From assembly GCA_038891615.1 (NCBI GenBank), contig JAWADY010000001.1, positions 227,151 to 291,150 on the forward strand: DNA of 64,000 nt, written 5' to 3'. The stretch's first letter is position 1. The number at the start of each line of letters is the position of its first letter. Under the pieces are notes generated by a model. That model made no database searches and was not told the origin of the DNA. It saw nothing but the letters and a program-made list of their open reading frames with translations. Below, one piece after another: positions 60,615 through 64,000 of this stretch. The position numbers were made by a program, and so were the translations under genes. Source of the DNA: Candidatus Woesearchaeota archaeon (GTDB taxonomy: Archaea; Nanobdellota; Nanobdellia; Woesearchaeales; ARS49).

Positions 60615-61835
60615 ATGGCACTCCTCACCCTTCGCGACATTGATTTCACAGCAAAACGGGTTCTTGTGCGTGTTGACTACAATGTCCCACTTGATGCAAA
60701 AGGGAGGATTGCTGATGATACGAGAATAAAGGCTAGCATTCCAACACTTCAGGCTTTGCTTAATGCTAAAGCAAAAGTCATTCTCTTAAGTCATCTGGGA
60801 AGGCCAGAGGGAAGGGTTGTTGAAGGGCTGAGAACTGACAAGATTGCAAAAAGGCTTGCAACACTTCTTAGACGACCAGTAAAAAAATTTGATGATTGCA
60901 TCGGTGAAAAGGTTGCGGATGTTGCAAAACTAAAACCAGGAGAGGTCGCACTTCTCGAGAATGTACGCTTCCACAAAGAAGAGGAAGCTAATGAGCATGA
61001 ATTTGCAAAAGGACTTGCATCTCTTGCAGAGGTTTATGTCAATGACGCATTTGGAACAATGCACAGGCGTCATGCCTCTGTAGTTGGCATTCCACTTTTT
61101 TTGCCTGGCTGTATTGGCTTGTTGGCTGAAAGAGAAATAAAAGAGCTTTCTGCGCTTTTGAAAAGACCAAAAAGGCCGTTCATTTCTCTTCTTGGAGGTG
61201 CAAAGGTTGGAGAAAAAATTGGAATGATAAAGGCGCTCCTTAAAAGGGCTGATGCCCTATTAATTGGAGGGGCTATGGCAGTCACTTTTCTAAAGGCTAT
61301 TGGTTGGCGGGTCGGCAGCAGCTTGTTTGATGCTGATAAACTCGAGCTTGCGCGCGCTCTATTGACAAAGAGCAAAAAAATCCTCTTACCAGTTGATTTT
61401 GTTGTTGCAAAAAAAATCAAGTCAGGCTTTGGAAAGAAGGCAGTAGTGAGCACTGCTTCGAAAGGCGTTGAGCGCGGCTGGGCATGCCTTGATATAGGCC
61501 CTGAAACAGCAAGGATATACGGAGAAGTGCTGAAAAAGGCAAAAACAATTTTTTGGAATGGACCAATGGGGCTTGTTGAAGAGGCAAGATTTGCAAAAGG
61601 AACTGTCATTCTTGCAAAGGTAATTGCAGGGCTTAAAGGCAAAGGAATGAAGAGCGTTGTTGGAGGAGGAGAAACTGTTAGCCTTATAGAAAAGCTTAAA
61701 CTTGAAAAAAAATTTAGTCATGTAAGCACTGGAGGAGGCGCCACGCTTGAGTTCTTGGAAGGGAAAAAGCTTCCTGGAATTTCAGCGCTTGAGGCAAGCG
61801 CGAGAGCTTTCAAATCAATGCTTAAACAACTATGA
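60615..61835 (+). CDS. pgk: Phosphoglycerate kinase
   Basis: RVDYNVP, SHLGRP, NDAFG, WNGPMG, STGGGA. Confidence 0.97.
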   Translation: MALLTLRDIDFTAKRVLVRVDYNVPLDAKGRIADDTRIKASIPTLQALLNAKAKVILLSHLGRPEGRVVEGLRTDKIAKRLATLLRRPVKKFDDCIGEKVADVAKLKPGEVALLENVRFHKEEEANEHEFAKGLASLAEVYVNDAFGTMHRRHASVVGIPLFLPGCIGLLAEREIKELSALLKRPKRPFISLLGGAKVGEKIGMIKALLKRADALLIGGAMAVTFLKAIGWRVGSSLFDADKLELARALLTKSKKILLPVDFVVAKKIKSGFGKKAVVSTASKGVERGWACLDIGPETARIYGEVLKKAKTIFWNGPMGLVEEARFAKGTVILAKVIAGLKGKGMKSVVGGGETVSLIEKLKLEKKFSHVSTGGGATLEFLEGKKLPGISALEASARAFKSMLKQL

Positions 61836-63072
61836 CTTGCCTTCCAAGCAGAGAAGATGCCTTTTGCGCAAGCTCTGCTTTCAAACGCTCAAACTCGGCT
61901 TGCATTGTTTTCTTTTCAAGCTGCTCAACAGCAACCTTTGCTGAGATGAGCTTTTCTTCTGTAGAGACAAGCTCTGTCCTAAGGCGCTTTAGTCGTGCGA
62001 AAGCCTCTGACGCGTGAATCTTTGATAAAAGAGCCTCTTCATCGCGTTTTAACATAGCATACTTTTTAACAAAGGTTTCTAGAAATTCCTTGTTTAGCTT
62101 TGAAATTGCTTGAAGGCATCTTTCTTTTTTTCTTTCTTTCAGTTCCAATTGGTCTTTTTCAAGCAAATCCCTAAGCCGCTCCAGAGCATTGAGAATCTTT
62201 AGTTCGATATCTTGAGAAAGTGCTTGAACAGGGTCTTCCAGGTATTTTGCAACGAGGACATTGTGTTCAAAGCTTATTTTTGCATACTTTTTCAGTGCTG
62301 CCTCGAGCGGCGTAAAAGAGGCACGAATTGCGCTCTCAAGCGAGGCACTTTCTCTTCTTGTCCTTTCAAGGCTAGAGGTCAATTCGAAGAGAACCAAATC
62401 ACCTTCTGCTTCTGACAAAGCCTCCTTTAGTTTGAAAAAAGTACCTTCAAGTTCTCTAGCACGTGACTTCGCTGCTTCAAGTTCATTTTTTAAAAGAGAA
62501 ATGTTTTTAGTTCTTGATTGTAGCTCCTCTGCTTCCAATATGAGCTTATCAATCTCTTCCAGACGCGATGCAACAAAGGCTTGCTTCAACAGATTTGCAT
62601 TTTTTTCAAGCAAAGCTACCTTTTCCATTACAGCTCTTGATTCGTTGGCAAAGAACTCCTGTAGTAGATGGTAAGGTCTTGAACTGGCTGATGCAAAATC
62701 TGCCAGCCTTTTGTCCATCTCTTTAAAGAAGATAGCTGTTTGGAAAGGGGCTGACGGAAAGTCCAATCCTTGTATTAATCTCTCAGCAGCTCTTGCAAAA
62801 GCCTCCCGATTGCCTTCTGCAAATTGTTTTGCGCGTTCAGGGATATTTGGGTTGATTAGTCTAGCATTTCGTAGCAAGGTTATGGACGAGCTAAGTTCTT
62901 TAAGAGCGTGTCTAAGCTCTGCATTGCAGTCTTCAAGTCTCATGACAAAGTGTTCCTCTGCTTTCCTTTTTTCTTCATTCAGAATTCTGATTAAGCCTGC
63001 GATGTCGGTTTTTTCAGCCTTCTGTTCTGATGATTGTTTTTTCCCAAATAACTTGCTTAGAAAGTCAAACAT
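61822..63072 (-). CDS. Hypothetical long coiled-coil protein
   Basis: 416-aa helical ORF; N-terminal MFDFLSKLFG amphipathic helix. Confidence 0.7.
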   Translation of the reverse strand: MFDFLSKLFGKKQSSEQKAEKTDIAGLIRILNEEKRKAEEHFVMRLEDCNAELRHALKELSSSITLLRNARLINPNIPERAKQFAEGNREAFARAAERLIQGLDFPSAPFQTAIFFKEMDKRLADFASASSRPYHLLQEFFANESRAVMEKVALLEKNANLLKQAFVASRLEEIDKLILEAEELQSRTKNISLLKNELEAAKSRARELEGTFFKLKEALSEAEGDLVLFELTSSLERTRRESASLESAIRASFTPLEAALKKYAKISFEHNVLVAKYLEDPVQALSQDIELKILNALERLRDLLEKDQLELKERKKERCLQAISKLNKEFLETFVKKYAMLKRDEEALLSKIHASEAFARLKRLRTELVSTEEKLISAKVAVEQLEKKTMQAEFERLKAELAQKASSLLGRQVIVV

Positions 63073-63124
63073 CGTATATTGGAAAGAGCAAAACTATTTA
63101 AAGTTTTAGAAGTGACAATTTAGT

Positions 63125-63436
63125 ATGCCAAAAAAGAAAAAGCGCTCAAAAAAAGAGCTGCTTGAAGAGATAAGGGTTCTTCTTCAAAAGGCAGAAGCGG
63201 TATTTAAGTCAGAAGGGCAAGTGGTTGCAAAGCGGCTTGTGAGAAAGGCTCGCAGGCTTGCAATGTCCGAAAGGCTAAAGCTTCCCATCGAGCTAAAGAG
63301 AAGATTCTGCAGACATTGCAATGCCATTTTTGTTCCTAGCAAGAGCGTGCGGATAAGGACAAGGGAAAAGAAGCTCATTTACTACTGCTTAAGTTGTAAG
63401 AGATATACCCGCATTGGTCTAGGCACAAAAAGCTGA
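63125..63436 (+). CDS. rnp4: RNase P protein Rpp21
   Basis: ARRLAM, KRRFCRHC, CLSC. Confidence 0.88.
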   Translation: MPKKKKRSKKELLEEIRVLLQKAEAVFKSEGQVVAKRLVRKARRLAMSERLKLPIELKRRFCRHCNAIFVPSKSVRIRTREKKLIYYCLSCKRYTRIGLGTKS

Positions 63437-63555
63437 CAAAAGATGCAAAGCCGTTAACAAATCTAACAACAGTGACGAAAGTGAGAGAAATGTTTTTAAA
63501 GAGTTGAGGCAAAAAGCCGATATAGGCTGCCAAAAGGGAAAAAGAGGCTGAAAGA

Positions 63556-64000
63556 TTGGCCTTCGCACCAAAAAGCAAGAAAGGGGTGGTTATTGAGTCC
63601 TCAATTCTAGTAGTCCTTCTGCTGTTTGTAATAACAACAGCCTACATAGCAAAAGAACTCCCAAACAAAAGCCCAAAAGAGCCAACAGGAGCAACTGCTT
63701 TTGAACAACAGCCTGAAGAAGCAGTCTTGCCAGAACAGTTGCAAGAAACAAACCAATCCCAAACAAGCCAAACAACAGACCAGCAACCAACATTTTCAAC
63801 ACAAACAGACAACCAAACAACCTCAAGCCAAGAATTCGGAGCAGCAACAACCCTCAGCAGCTGCGGAGTCATATCAAGCCCTGGAAGCTATACACTAACC
63901 AGTAACGTCTTAAGCACAGGCACTTGCTTCAACATCCTAACAAGCAATGTCGAGCTTGACTGCCAAGGGTTTACAATAGAGTATGGAACAGATACAACTG
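63556..64000 (+). CDS. Surface protein, partial (runs off the right edge); start of a beta-helix/NosD-like domain
   Basis: Manual translation from TTG 63556: MAFAPKSKKGVVIESSILVVLLLF, Q/T-rich linker, SCGVISSPGSYTLT...CFNI...VELDCQGFTI. Confidence 0.75.
   Translation, partial: MAFAPKSKKGVVIESSILVVLLLFVITTAYIAKELPNKSPKEPTGATAFEQQPEEAVLPEQLQETNQSQTSQTTDQQPTFSTQTDNQTTSSQEFGAATTLSSCGVISSPGSYTLTSNVLSTGTCFNILTSNVELDCQGFTIEYGTDTT

Overview
Archaeal chromosome segment, most consistent with a DPANN archaeon of the Woesearchaeota type (inference from gene content). Housekeeping genes: thermosome, PolB, archaeal GluRS and IleRS, the Pop5-psmA-SBDS-Rrp4/41/42-RpoK superoperon, FtsZ-SecE-Spt5-uL11, ATP-dependent ligase. 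Bacterial-type Lgt and class I GAPDH are also present. I recognised no rRNA, tRNA, CRISPR array, transposase, integrase or reverse transcriptase. Highlights: (1) a ~2470-aa membrane-anchored surface protein with repeated Ig-like modules, an apparently inserted 272-aa domain and an intact-looking GxSxG hydrolase; (2) an envelope-processing neighbourhood (pilin, prepilin peptidase, Lgt) containing three apparent pseudo-enzymes (two HIT proteins and a cis-prenyltransferase); (3) a glycogen cluster interrupted by a 634-bp tandem duplication of a Myb/SANT-like gene that also copies the GH15 3' end; (4) small genes missed by the ORF track (54-aa histone-fold protein, 59-aa zinc ribbon, 25-aa CPxCG microprotein). 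All calls come from reading motifs by eye; no database searches were run.
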